From Lytechinus pictus (taxonomy: Eukaryota), in assembly GCF_037042905.1 (NCBI RefSeq), contig NC_087255.1:33170001-33234000 (forward strand): a stretch of 64,000 bases of DNA. Direction: 5' to 3'. Positions 13,101 to 23,959 of the stretch are shown here, piece after piece. The notes under the pieces are model-generated. The model saw only the letters and a program-made list of their open reading frames with translations, did no database searches and was not told where the DNA came from. The first letter of the stretch is position 1; each line of letters starts with the position of its first letter. Both the position numbers and the translations under genes were made by a program.

Positions 13101-16100
13101 TATGACAACTCTGGTAAAGCATCTGACACACCCGACAGTCCTTTCATGTCTATTTGTCATATTTCTAAATAATCATCGAAAATAATTTAAATAGAGGATA
13201 CCAATCTATATTCAATAAGGGTTTTCTTAAAATACCTCTTGTTTCGGAGCGTTTTGGGAATAGAAAAACTAATTTTTCATTATATTCTACCAACACAGAT
13301 TAAATTTCTTGATCGTATATCCTTGATTCTTTACAGACTGACATCAGTGGTTACACTGGTATTGCACCTGTCTATGCCGATCCCGTGAATGATGAGGGAC
13401 TAGAAGGTTGGGAGATAGCTCTCATTGTTATAGGATCAGGGGCTGCAGCGGGACTCGTGGTTGGAGCTATATACTACCTCAATTATACCAAGTAAGTCCT
13501 TCCATAACTATATTTTGTAACAAAAAAGTCCGCTCTTATGTTTGTATTGTGTTTAAGGAAAATGTCGATCCTATAAATATTCAAAGATTTAAAAAAAAGC
13601 ATTATGATGGTGATCGTTTCGCCATGCTAATCTTATTCATCTTTGTCCTTATTGTCGCAGATTGTAACATAATACGTATCATATTATTTTCGTAGATCCT
13701 AAACCTAAGCGTAACTACTTTAACAGCGAGTGTGGTGGACAGCACTAAACGTCTTACGATTCATGAAACGTTTATTCTGCAGGTGACTTGTTATGACAAA
13801 ACTTTTCATGAAACTCTTCGCTCGTATGATTTAAGGCATTTCACCACTTTTCTCTTTCAGCAAATCCAAGAGCGATGAGTTAGATGTGGAACTACAGGAG
13901 AAGAAATCAAATCTAACGGAACAGCAGACTGGAAATGATTATTCTGCGGTTGTAACCACGAATGGTTTGGACCAACCAAAGACGGAAACCAAGAAAAAAC
14001 CTCCCGCGGACGAAGCTAATGTTGCTACACAGGTAAATGGTGTCTGTCATAAAATGATTCTGATATGATTGCATTCTCCCTATAGACTCTTCTTACCACT
14101 CAGCTTAATCAGAGAGTGTAGTTTAGGATTCTAATGATTTTATGCGTGCCCCCGCAGGTACCTCATTATCATCATTGATTCTCGTCAGATCTATTTCAAA
14201 TTCTTGGCAATCTGCTCCCTATTTCTTTTACTTAGAATAATTCTTTGAGTAGTTCATTTCAAAAAGTTTTCATTGAAGTTTAAAGTGTGTTTAAATGTGT
14301 GACCTTTTTATTGTTTTCATGTCAGTTTGAATTTTCGAAACAGTGATGCCATCAGTGTATACAAGCTTCGCTTAATTGGACTTAATTATTTATCAAATAG
14401 GTAAAAAATCGACACCTCATTTTATTCCCAACTTATTGCATCGAACAGGTGAAGTACAAAGATATACTGATTGAAACAGGGTATGAAGCAGTAGAAGGGA
14501 ACACTCCAAAGGAAGCTAATAAGATTGATGAAAGACCAAACGGAGGAACATCAGTGGTAGTGACTGCTGAGATTTCATCATCCTCTTCCGGCTCTTCCAC
14601 GCCATCGGACACCGAGCTAGATGCTGTAAGAATCACTTAGTAAAATCATCTATGATGAGATTATTTATTAATAAATTATAATAATTATTCTTGCTTAAGT
14701 AGCGCTTTTCTTTATCTTTCTATAAGCACTCTCCAAGTATAGTAATACTAATACAGCATAAAAGCTGTGAGCACCGGAATGGGTAGACTAGCTTATATAG
14801 CCGGGGTAATATAGGAGCGCCTTGAGCACCCAACAAGGTGGATTTGTGCGCTATATAAAATCTATATTATTATAATTAATTACTGTTTTCAGTATATATG
14901 TAACCAATTTGCATAACATTTTACAGTTTCACCAGGGCCCCGTTTCGTAAAACTTGAGTAACTTTGCCATCTAATTGTGACTTGCATTGAATCGTGATTT
15001 TGACTGTCTGCTTAGCATTGTTAACATGGTAGTTAATATTCATTTGTTGACAAGTCATCCCCAAGATATTACCTTAAATATTATTATGCTACTATATTGA
15101 GCCTATTTTTAGCTTATTGTGTGGAGGATTTGAAATAACAATGTATTTTTTGTTTATAAATATTGTCGGATTTCTTATGCACTTAATCAAAGTAAAATAC
15201 CTTGACGTGTTTTTTTTGTGTGATATAAAATCACTTTCCAATCATGCAATGGGATGAAAATTTTAGAATAACTAATCTCTATAATGCATCATTCTCATGG
15301 TCAATGACCAAATCTGTAAGATAGCTGCTCAAAGATCCATTTAACAGTAACAGAAAAAAAAACGTTGTAAAAAAGATTCAATGGCCTCCAGACATTTGTG
15401 ATATGGAACTCGAGTAATATTCACATTAATGACCCTTTTTTTAGAAATGGTTTAATATCAAATGGTAAACTCTTTAAATGCTGGGTAACATACTCTTCAT
15501 ACAATAATTGGTTAAAAAATGTATCCGACTCTGGGTAGTTTTCAACCAATAATGTGTAGTTGTCACTCAAAGCACACATTATTGGTTTAAAATTACCCTA
15601 AATTGGATATGGTTTTAACCAATTGTTGTGTGGACAGTATGTTGCTCAACATTTTTAAGAGTGTACTAACCCTTTGTGAAAAAGCTTTAGACAGACTTTC
15701 AGTTGATGTTACTTTCAATTTCTTTAGACGGCAGAAGATAAGCAAGAGATCCCACCAGACTATGAGCCACCACCACCCATAGCTGATAATAAAGACGATG
15801 AGGATCAACTTTCCAAGAAAGAAGAAGCCGAGGCCGTGAATGAGTTAGACAAGCTCATCGATTCTCAAGCACAGTAAGACAAAATTAACATACATTTTAG
15901 TTCAGTTATGCATAAGAAAAAATGAAAATGGGATTATGAAATATCTGGCCACTTAAAAAGGATTTTCCATTTCAAGTTCTACCTCCTAATGTTGAATTCA
16001 AGATAATTCGGGGCAAATTATATCATCTTGCTTACTGCTCTTTTTTTCCAGAATATAAATTATTGATAATATTAATCCATTATAAGACAAAAGTTCGTAT

Positions 16101-16743
16101 ACCGCGGCTCTTAAAAAGGTTGATCAAGATAACCATTTGGTGAATATAATTTCACTGTGGGTACATCGACCTACAGTGTGAATGTTCATAGATTGTTCAC
16201 ATTGTCGCGTGAAGATGTGATTCACTCTGTTACAATGCTCACATTAAACAGTTTGACGGTACTTTCACAGCTTGTACTTTCATAATTATAGTGGACTGTG
16301 TAAACCTATATTTCACACTGCTAAAATATGCTCAAAGTTACAAGTGTGAAGCAGTGTCTCGACAGTGTGTGTGTTCACATAGTGACCTATGTAAATGTAT
16401 TTCACACTGTTAAAATATGCTCAAATATAAAAGTGTGAAACAGTGTGTCGACAGTGTTTGTGTTCACATAGTGGACTATGTAAATGTATTTCACACTGTT
16501 AAAATATGCTCAAATTCAATGTGTGAAGGTGATATCACATTGTGTTCCACATTGTGAACACACTGTGAAACACTGTGTTCTTTGCTACAGTCCATGTAAT
16601 GCATTCGAAATGCTTGGCATACATGAAATTGGTCACTTGTTCCTATCTAATGAGTCATTCATCTCATTTTCACTTTCAGGGAGCTAACAGTCAACTCAGT
16701 AGAGTTTCAGAATCCAGGGTTTGATGCATCTCCCGAAAACTGA
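4162..16743 (+). CDS. Uncharacterised single-pass type-I membrane mucin-like protein, 503 aa, 10 exons (signal peptide, Pro/Thr/Ser stalk, SEA-like juxtamembrane domain, TM helix, acidic cytoplasmic tail)
   Basis: Exons 4162-4240, 4921-4944, 5835-6235, 9672-9769, 12461-12656, 13337-13491, 13861-14032, 14449-14625, 15728-15873, 16680-16743. All introns are GT-AG, phases are compatible and the total is 1512 nt with no internal stop. N-term MADMKVWTVLLVLISFHG, TM WEIALIVIGSGAAAGLVVGAIYYL, tail with PPDY and FQNPGF. The SEA-like assignment is inference. Confidence 0.8.
7256..7568. mobile_element. hAT-type MITE
   Basis: TIRs catgggcggaaatc / gatttctgcccatg with a perfect 8-bp TSD ATACTTAT (7248-7255, 7569-7576). 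A related copy in inverted orientation lies at about 25308-25563. Confidence 0.85.
7688..8082. mobile_element. PIF/Harbinger-like MITE
   Basis: Imperfect TIRs agcctggctcgcactatgcgat / atcgcataatgtgaaccaggct, flanked by TAA on both sides. Confidence 0.65.
8086..9104. mobile_element. Two adjacent TTAA-flanked (Kolobok-like) non-autonomous elements, 8086-8681 and 8686-9104
   Basis: ttaa|aggggaatcca...tggattccccct|ttaa, followed at the shared TTAA by aggccaccgcac...gtgcggtcgcc|ttaa. Confidence 0.7.
9932..11505. mobile_element. Non-autonomous hAT element (1.57 kb)
   Basis: Termini cagtggcgtaacagg / cctgttacgccgctg with a perfect 8-bp TSD AAATCATG (9924-9931, 11506-11513). Internal purine tract and gctcgcttcgctcgc motifs. 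Same family as 23046-27895. Confidence 0.9.
11660..11815. repeat. Degenerate (CAT)n microsatellite
   Basis: Repeated catcat/catctt/catcgt units. Confidence 0.85.
16290..16580. repeat. Short tandem repeat (~90-bp units) in intron 9 of the mucin-like gene
   Basis: tatttcacactg(c/t)taaaatatgctcaaa recurs at about 16309, 16398 and 16487. Confidence 0.75.
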
Positions 16744-17844
16744 ATGGAGTTAATGACGTTAATAATTGAATACAAGGACATAAAAAGGCGCTGGAAAAAC
16801 AACTTTGACAGAACATTTATCAAAACTGATTAGATACTTAAATATCATAATTGTTTCTCTTTAATAAGGATCATTCTCTAACTCCTCTTGGGTAGGTGAT
16901 ATTAGTTTGTTTAATCAATCAAAATGAATTACTGCTACCAATATTATCATCATCATTGCTTATTGTTAATTCAGTTGTCCACAAAAGTGGTTCACAGGTG
17001 GTAGGCCTGAATTCTTTCTCACCCTCCCTCCCTCCCCCCTCTTTCTCTCTCTCTTTCCATGTTTCCTCATTTCTATCCCTCTCTCTCTCTCTTACCATCT
17101 TAATCGCCAGTTCATTGAACCATGAATCAATATTCTCAAGCTACACAGAAAGAAACAAATCAAATATTAGCAAGGCATTTGTCAACTTATTTTAATTTCC
17201 ATTTTAATATACTATATATACCCATACAGACATTAATCTTGTTATTCTGTAGTTACATTCTTTCTTTTCATTTAGCATCATAATAATGAATGGTTTATAA
17301 TGTGTTATTATGTGTTATGTGATATTAATAAATGATTAGCGTCTTTATAAAATTCATAATCGTTTTGATGGAGTATACGTGAAAGCGAAGGGGCTTTAAT
17401 ACTAAAAGTAATTCTTGTATAGGATGCAAGCTAGCCCCCGTGTTTTAGTGTCTAGTGCCGACCAAACTTATTTTTAGCGTACAAAATTCCAATTATGATG
17501 TTTGTACGAAGATATTTTTCCTTTTGTTAATAAAACATATCTGTCGAATATATGATCATTATTAGTTGTGAGCCTAGATATTGTGTTTCTTCTCGCAAAG
17601 TCCATCATGTTTACTTAAGATAATGTCTAATGATTTCACGTTAATAACTCATTAAGGTAATGACAGTTCATATACTATTATTTTTTACTCCATTTGTGTT
17701 GAATATACAAATTAAAAATATATAATTTCCTGCATTTTGCACTTGTTTGTGGATCTTTTTCAGATATCTTTGTTAACATTCTTATGTGAGAGTAGGATGA
17801 TTGAATAATGACAAGTGCTTTGTCAATTAAGAGGGACATACCAG

Positions 17845-18117
17845 GGTCCCGTCCAAAAAAGAGTTGTGATTGATCCGATCAACCTCAACTATATGGAAAT
17901 CCATCAATGTCATAATTTTTCTTACAGGAAATTTTGGCAATGTCCTTTTGTAAACAAAGAGGAGCGTATATACTGAGTTGTTAAGAACACGATGAATGTA
18001 TAAATATACACCATTATGTAAACATTTGAGCAAACATGCATATCATATGTTGACGTTGCTGGCTTTCCATAGTTGTGGTTGATCGGATCAGTCGCAACTC
18101 TTTGTAAGACGGGGCCA
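17845..18117. mobile_element. Palindromic Harbinger-like MITE family (related copy at about 57708-57978)
   Basis: Ends ggtcccgtc..aaagagttgtgattgatcc / ggatcagtcgcaactctttgtaagacggggcc. The copy in AMPK intron 3 has the same ends and a similar interior. Confidence 0.7.
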
Positions 18118-18500
18118 AGGGATATTCTGTATAGGGGTGAAATGTACTGCTTCAAAGTGTTCATTATGTTTGTGCGAACCTCAGAGCAGCCTAAAACCAG
18201 TTCTACTTTCGTAAATATGATATCTGCTTAAATCCTTAATCATGAAAATTAAAAAGCCGCCACGACGTAATGTTAATTCAAAGGTCACTCTAAAATTACC
18301 ATTAAAATTGATATTCGAAAGATACGTCATGTAGTATGATAAATGAGACTAAAATGTTTTCATACAATGGTAATATTTTTTGTGACGGAGCAAGCTTCCT
18401 ATTTTGAACATCTACAATTTATATTCTTCGGTAGAGAATATCAACCAAAACAAGATCAAGGTAGATCCTCCTTGTCATCAACAGACCTTGATAGGATTCT

Positions 18501-20729
18501 TCAAAGATTCTTGTATGCTTGTAGCATTTCGATTGCGTTCGGGAACAGTCTCAAATCTTGACATCTCGATCGCTCAAATGTGGGTCTAAAACTCGACCAG
18601 CTGGCAACAGCTAACCCATCTTGGGCCGTCTTAGCATGCTTTCCGTCGTAGAACCTTTGCCCACCTTCATCGTATATCCTGGTTATTTCTCCAAGATTCC
18701 AGACGTCGCCGGTGGAAGCCCCAAACTGGTATGTGCCTTGCTTGAACAACACTCTGGAACCAATACCAATCAGGTCTTCAGTGGGAGTGGTATTCATAGC
18801 CACAAGATCATAAGGCTGAGTTCTGCAACTGGGATCTGGATCGTCCCAGTCAACTGTATACTTCATACTAGACTTGTCAAAGTGTGCTACCACTGCTGGA
18901 TAGAACTGCCATTCAGCGTAATGAGCAATGACGGCATCTCCAACCATTGGGATAGATGCTCTCAGACTACTTTCACTTCCATCGTATGTTTGATCGAGGT
19001 CTGATGATGCGTCGTATCTTGGTGGTTCAGTGAGAACCGTTTCTTTCAAATGCTGACTGATCTTCTTGATGATGGAATCATAGCTATCGGTAGAGTTCGT
19101 GGTGTCCACGGTCATGACGTATGGCTGATGGTCTGTCGGTAGGACCATCCCAACGCTGCTGCCCTTCCATGCATCTCTATCCTCAACTATCCCTCGACCA
19201 ACCTCCAACACGATAGCACTCTTCTTAAGAGATCGTAGAGCGAAATTAGCTTCCATCTTACAATTCTGACTGTTGGTGTACTCCTTTGACACACACATGA
19301 CCACTATTGAACTTTGCTTTAGTCCGTCCGCGATTTGCCCGAACATACCAGAATCATCAACGCTGTTCAGTTGTTCAATATCAAGCCAGACCTTTTCTCC
19401 TATTTCCTTTTCAAGGTCTTGTTTGATTTTTCGGGGATCGGAAAATTCATGGCCAGAAAAGCCTCGGACCTGTCCAGCATCAAATGAAGATTTGGAATTG
19501 GTCCAGCAGTAAGACAGGAAAACCCGCGGGGGAATTTCTTCACCTTTGGATTTCTTATCCTTCAAGGCGTTCTTGGACTCATCAAAGACAAGTTTCTTTA
19601 AGTTGGCTTCAAGTTCTTCAGCCTTCTCTTGCCACACATCAGCACTCGCAAATTGTATGTACAGTTGTCCCGCAAGCAGCATACCAGCAGTTGTCTGAAG
19701 CCATTTATCACTTTTACCGATAACGACAGGGATTACAGTTTTCCCCAGTGTTTTCTTCGCGTACAGAAGCTCGGACATGGCTTGACTGTCCTCGATGAAG
19801 TTGTCACTGAGGCAAACTAGATAGATGGAAGCATTCTTGATGAGTTGTACAGCTGATTGAATATCAATTGCTAATTGACCGTGACTGGATTGCCGTATAT
19901 TATACTTGTCGCTAAACTTCCTTGTTATCCGCGTAACAGTCTCACCATCTTTAGCAACTTTCGAAATGAATACGTCGCATGATGCATCCTTGTTCTTATC
20001 CCCCGGTGTATCCGAATCCAAACAGTTGAAAATATTTGGAATAACCCTGAGTTGATCTATCCTGAGGTCAGTGAAAGTTAAGCTATATCCAACATAGTTG
20101 TTTTTGGAAACCTGCGGATCAGTGAAATCTACATGTTTCCCGTTGTAGCGAGGCTCACCGTTTGCATCCTTTGTGATGATTGTTATTCGGCCCATATGCC
20201 ATCGATCAGATATCTGGCTTAGTTTGGCAAGCTCCGATTTTTTAGCATCTGAGAGGGTCCTGCCAGTGCTGTCGCAGATGCTGCCATCACTATTCTTGCC
20301 ACAGTAATATAGGCCTTGCTTAAAGAGAACTTTTGTCCCGACTCCAACGGAAGATGAACTTGGTACCTTATCAACACACAAGTTATCATATCTTGCTGCT
20401 TCTGGTGCCCAATTTCCGTCCGTCCATCGAATCATGTAGCTTAGAGTGTCAGGTACCCAGCTCTCAATAGTAGCAGTGAACCAACCATTACCGTACCAAT
20501 GCACAAGAGCTCTGTCTCCAACTTTTGGAGTTTCATCAGCATCATCGGATTCGTTGGTCTCTGCCTTTTGAGACGGAACTTGCTTCTCTAAAGCACTTAT
20601 CAGCTGACCAAACGATTCGTTTGTTGATACCCCAAAAGCAATATCACTCAGTGATCCTGAAAACGAGTATTTTTCGCGTAAGATTTTCTCCAACTCTTCA
20701 ACGATCTTCGGGTCGACTTCTGCTCCCAT
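18501..20729 (-). CDS. Tandem-Tudor-like / TIR / TIR / tandem-Tudor-like protein, 742 aa, intronless CDS
   Basis: Uninterrupted 2.2-kb ORF. The ORF-track start at 20738 is GTG, the first ATG is at 20729 and there is an in-frame upstream stop near 20835. Internal duplicate modules PKVGDRALVHW..WF.A...Y.I.W.D...VG.KVLFKQG.Y...W..G.IT...Y.GKH...LR.IPN (about 20528-20019) and PMVGDAVIAHY..FYPA...YTVDWDD...IG.RVLFKQG.Y...W..G.IT...Y.GKH...LR.FPN (about 18950-18525). TIR1 DVFIS...LVCLSDNF...AMSELLYA...VIPV (about 19979-19587). TIR2 RVFLSYCW...VWLD...VVMCVSKEYTNSQNCKMEANFA (about 19526-19041). Confidence 0.9.
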   Translation of the reverse strand: MGAEVDPKIVEELEKILREKYSFSGSLSDIAFGVSTNESFGQLISALEKQVPSQKAETNESDDADETPKVGDRALVHWYGNGWFTATIESWVPDTLSYMIRWTDGNWAPEAARYDNLCVDKVPSSSSVGVGTKVLFKQGLYYCGKNSDGSICDSTGRTLSDAKKSELAKLSQISDRWHMGRITIITKDANGEPRYNGKHVDFTDPQVSKNNYVGYSLTFTDLRIDQLRVIPNIFNCLDSDTPGDKNKDASCDVFISKVAKDGETVTRITRKFSDKYNIRQSSHGQLAIDIQSAVQLIKNASIYLVCLSDNFIEDSQAMSELLYAKKTLGKTVIPVVIGKSDKWLQTTAGMLLAGQLYIQFASADVWQEKAEELEANLKKLVFDESKNALKDKKSKGEEIPPRVFLSYCWTNSKSSFDAGQVRGFSGHEFSDPRKIKQDLEKEIGEKVWLDIEQLNSVDDSGMFGQIADGLKQSSIVVMCVSKEYTNSQNCKMEANFALRSLKKSAIVLEVGRGIVEDRDAWKGSSVGMVLPTDHQPYVMTVDTTNSTDSYDSIIKKISQHLKETVLTEPPRYDASSDLDQTYDGSESSLRASIPMVGDAVIAHYAEWQFYPAVVAHFDKSSMKYTVDWDDPDPSCRTQPYDLVAMNTTPTEDLIGIGSRVLFKQGTYQFGASTGDVWNLGEITRIYDEGGQRFYDGKHAKTAQDGLAVASWSSFRPTFERSRCQDLRLFPNAIEMLQAYKNL

Positions 20730-20978
20730 CCTGAACACGGATTGTTGACAACTTTCAGTTGGTTTGTATTTAACGAGTTTTATGTTTATTAAATTATAGA
20801 ATTGGTGAAAACTAAAATGAATTGTTGCAAATGTTCAGGTTTACAATCAAATAATTACACAGATGACAGCTTGGCCGGATTCGACTGACTAAAACTGAAG
20901 ATGCATGGAGAAACGGATGAACAAAACTTCTTTTAATACAAGCTATCCCATGTGACACTCTAATATGGGTTCATCAAT

Positions 20979-21859
20979 CTGTAATGAAAAAGGGAAGAAA
21001 AATCATGAACATGATGAATAAAAGTGGAGTTCACTCGAACACTTCATTTCAATTCCTTGTTTTAAGCTCATTTTAGGGTCCTCTTGAATATGATTCAGTA
21101 TATTTTAAGCCCGTATTAAGAGCTATCTGTTCTTTCAGATGAATCACCAATTAAGTGTTTATCAGTTATAACATCCCAACTGCTGCCCTGACTAAAATGA
21201 GCCGGAAATAATCAATCTTGAAATTGGTGTACGTAGGCCTATTTGCTGACTCGATTCTCGAGGGAGGGGGGTGAATAGTGGCTCTTAAGAGTGTACTTAT
21301 TTTCAGTGGTGTACTGCATCAATATTCGGGGGGGGGGGGAGGCACCAAATTATTTTATTAGTAGTATTTTCTTGGTCGTGAAACTTTCGAATATGTAGTC
21401 CAGGACAGGCTGGCCAGCCCACACCCCATCTACACTCTAAAAAATGATTGGTAAATTTAACCAATCTGTTATTGTCTCACCGACAAAAATGATCAAAATC
21501 AACCTTGGTTAACTCTACCATAATTTTGGTTGATATTGGCCATCAGTCGGACAAATTCACCAATCAAAATATCGATTACTTTGACGTCCCTATTTAGAGG
21601 GTATATTAGTATATATTGCTTATTTTCGAGTGGGGTCGATAAATGTTACAAAATGATTGAATGACATCCGACGTTTGCGACGCGATGTCCGTCCCGTCTT
21701 CTTTCGGATATTTTGGTTAGACGTACTCGATCGGACAGTTCAATGTATCCTGTAAACCAACAATTACGCAGAATTATGGAAAGTCAAGAGAATGTAATAT
21801 AAATGCAATAAGAAATATTCATATTTTCACAATTCAATTAAAGTGTGAGTCATTCTTAC
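20979..21859 (-). other. Probable 5'-UTR intron of the Tudor-TIR gene
   Basis: Minus-strand donor cg|gtaagaatg at 21859 and acceptor tttcttccctttttcattacag at 20979, upstream of the in-frame stop and the ATG. Confidence 0.55.
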
Positions 21860-23959
21860 CGCTTGACAGGATACCGTAAACAAAAACCATGAATGAATCC
21901 AAAACTAAAATTCTTAATTGCACCAATTCGCGGAGTCAAAACACTAGGTCAAAACATGGCAATTAAAATTAAAGGTCGAACTCCAAAACGCTCTTGGGTC
22001 TAGTTATGACTTGTCGATTTAGCAGTTGTAGGCCTATAAAATGTTTGTAAAAAATAATTACTGCTGGTTTTCCCCACGATTTAACAACACACTCGAGTCC
22101 AGTTTGATATGCAAACGTCGAGAACGAATTCGTACCCCTATGCAAGGAAAGTATATCCCCTCGACACAAATAACAAACCAGTGACAAATAAAGGTTTGCA
22201 TAAAAGAAGGAAATAAACTTAAGTGTTCAGCTGCACACGTCACTGCACTACCAGGAACTGCCCCTAGATATTGATAGTCTGCACGCGCAGACCATTGGAA
22301 AGTAGAAAGTCTGTAGTAGTAAAACTAGGTTCACTATGACTGTGGCTGCCTCTATCAAATTTGACACACAGACAGATACATGTAGAGTTTGGAGACTAGT
22401 TTTCACTCTATAAAGAAATGATATCATTGGTAAAATGTCAAATTTAAGTCTGTGCTCGCAGACTAAAAATAATGAATGGGTAATTCAGATCAGGGCGACG
22501 TTTAGGGAGTGACCACCCCCCCCCCCTTGATTTTTCAAGTTGTGAAAAAAAGAAGATCGAGAAGAGGGAGAGCTAGAAATATGAAGACACGATAAGAAAT
22601 AGTATAAAAAGATAGATCTCAGTCTGGGTCGATCGCGTGACTCTCCGTATGTAGGACCTGCCCCTATTATTCAACAAATACGTTATCCTATAAAAGGCCT
22701 ATAATTTTGTATTGCAATGGGCGAAAATAACAGATGGGGAAATAGTACACTGTTACGTGGGCATATTGTAAGAAAACTGAGAGAGTGAATTATTTTGGTA
22801 TTATAGTAAATAATAAGTTCTGTTATATATTTTATATTAATCTACTACTAACTTCACTAAGCGGCACTATGCATATTTAATTGATATAAAAGATGGTATA
22901 CCAACAAGAAAACACTAGCTGTTCATTATAGTCAAAATAATAAAACTTATATTGAACACATATTTTTTGTGTGCTATGATGTTGCATTATGTAAGCTTTT
23001 TTTCAGTTGGGCATATGCTATTTAATTATTAGTTTAGTGTGTTGCCAGTGGCGTAACAGACGGGGGGGGGGCAGGCTGCCCCCTGGCAGATTTCACAGGG
23101 AAAATAAAAAAAATATATATATATATATAATAGGGAGAAACAAAGAAAGAAAGAAAGAAAGGAAGGGAAAGTGAAAAAAGAGGAAAATGAAAGGGAAAAG
23201 TGAACGAAAAAACCCCAAGAAAAAACATAAAAAGGGAAAGCGGAAGGAAAGCGGGAAAATGAAGGAAAGAATAGTGAGAAAGAACAAATCAACCCGAAAT
23301 ATTATAGCAGGATTGGTAAGAAATTTAAAGATGTCAAAATGGCAAACAAAAGCGGGAAATGAAAAGAATGGAATGAGCCAAATTGGAAAAGGAAAAAAAG
23401 AGAACTTAAAAACAAGATATCAGACCGCCGAGGATTGAAATAAAGAACGGGAAGATAGGTAGATGATATATCATTGTGTATGAAGTCTATCATAAGCTTG
23501 CTATTTTATGCAATATATTAAATGGTTGCAATCAGGACATAAAAGTTCTTAGCCAAAATCTATACATAGCCCCTCTTACACGTTGTCCCTATACCCAATG
23601 AGGTAACTCCTTGCTATACCTAATAAAACGTAACACTGTCAAGTCTTACCTTAAAAAGCCTCTCAATGTTTGATTTGGCTAAATCTCCAAATGCTACCGT
23701 AGCCTCTTGTAGAGGCCCTGGCGGCTGCTTAATTCCCGGGTGCGCTCTGGATTTTTTTTAGTGGGGGTGCTGAAATCTCTCAAAGGTGGGGGGAGGAGGA
23801 GGGTACACACTTGAGTTTTCCATAATTACACACACACACACACACCCTTCTAAGGGCACCACACACACACCCACCCACCAACCCCCCCCCCCCCCATTAT
23901 ATATGACAGTCACTTCTTAGCTTTCTTCTTATAAAAGAACATAGATATATAATTAGATA

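Noticed and set aside
18621-20734. Several plus-strand ORFs overlapping the TIR gene
   Set aside because: They are short antisense frames with no recognisable motifs.
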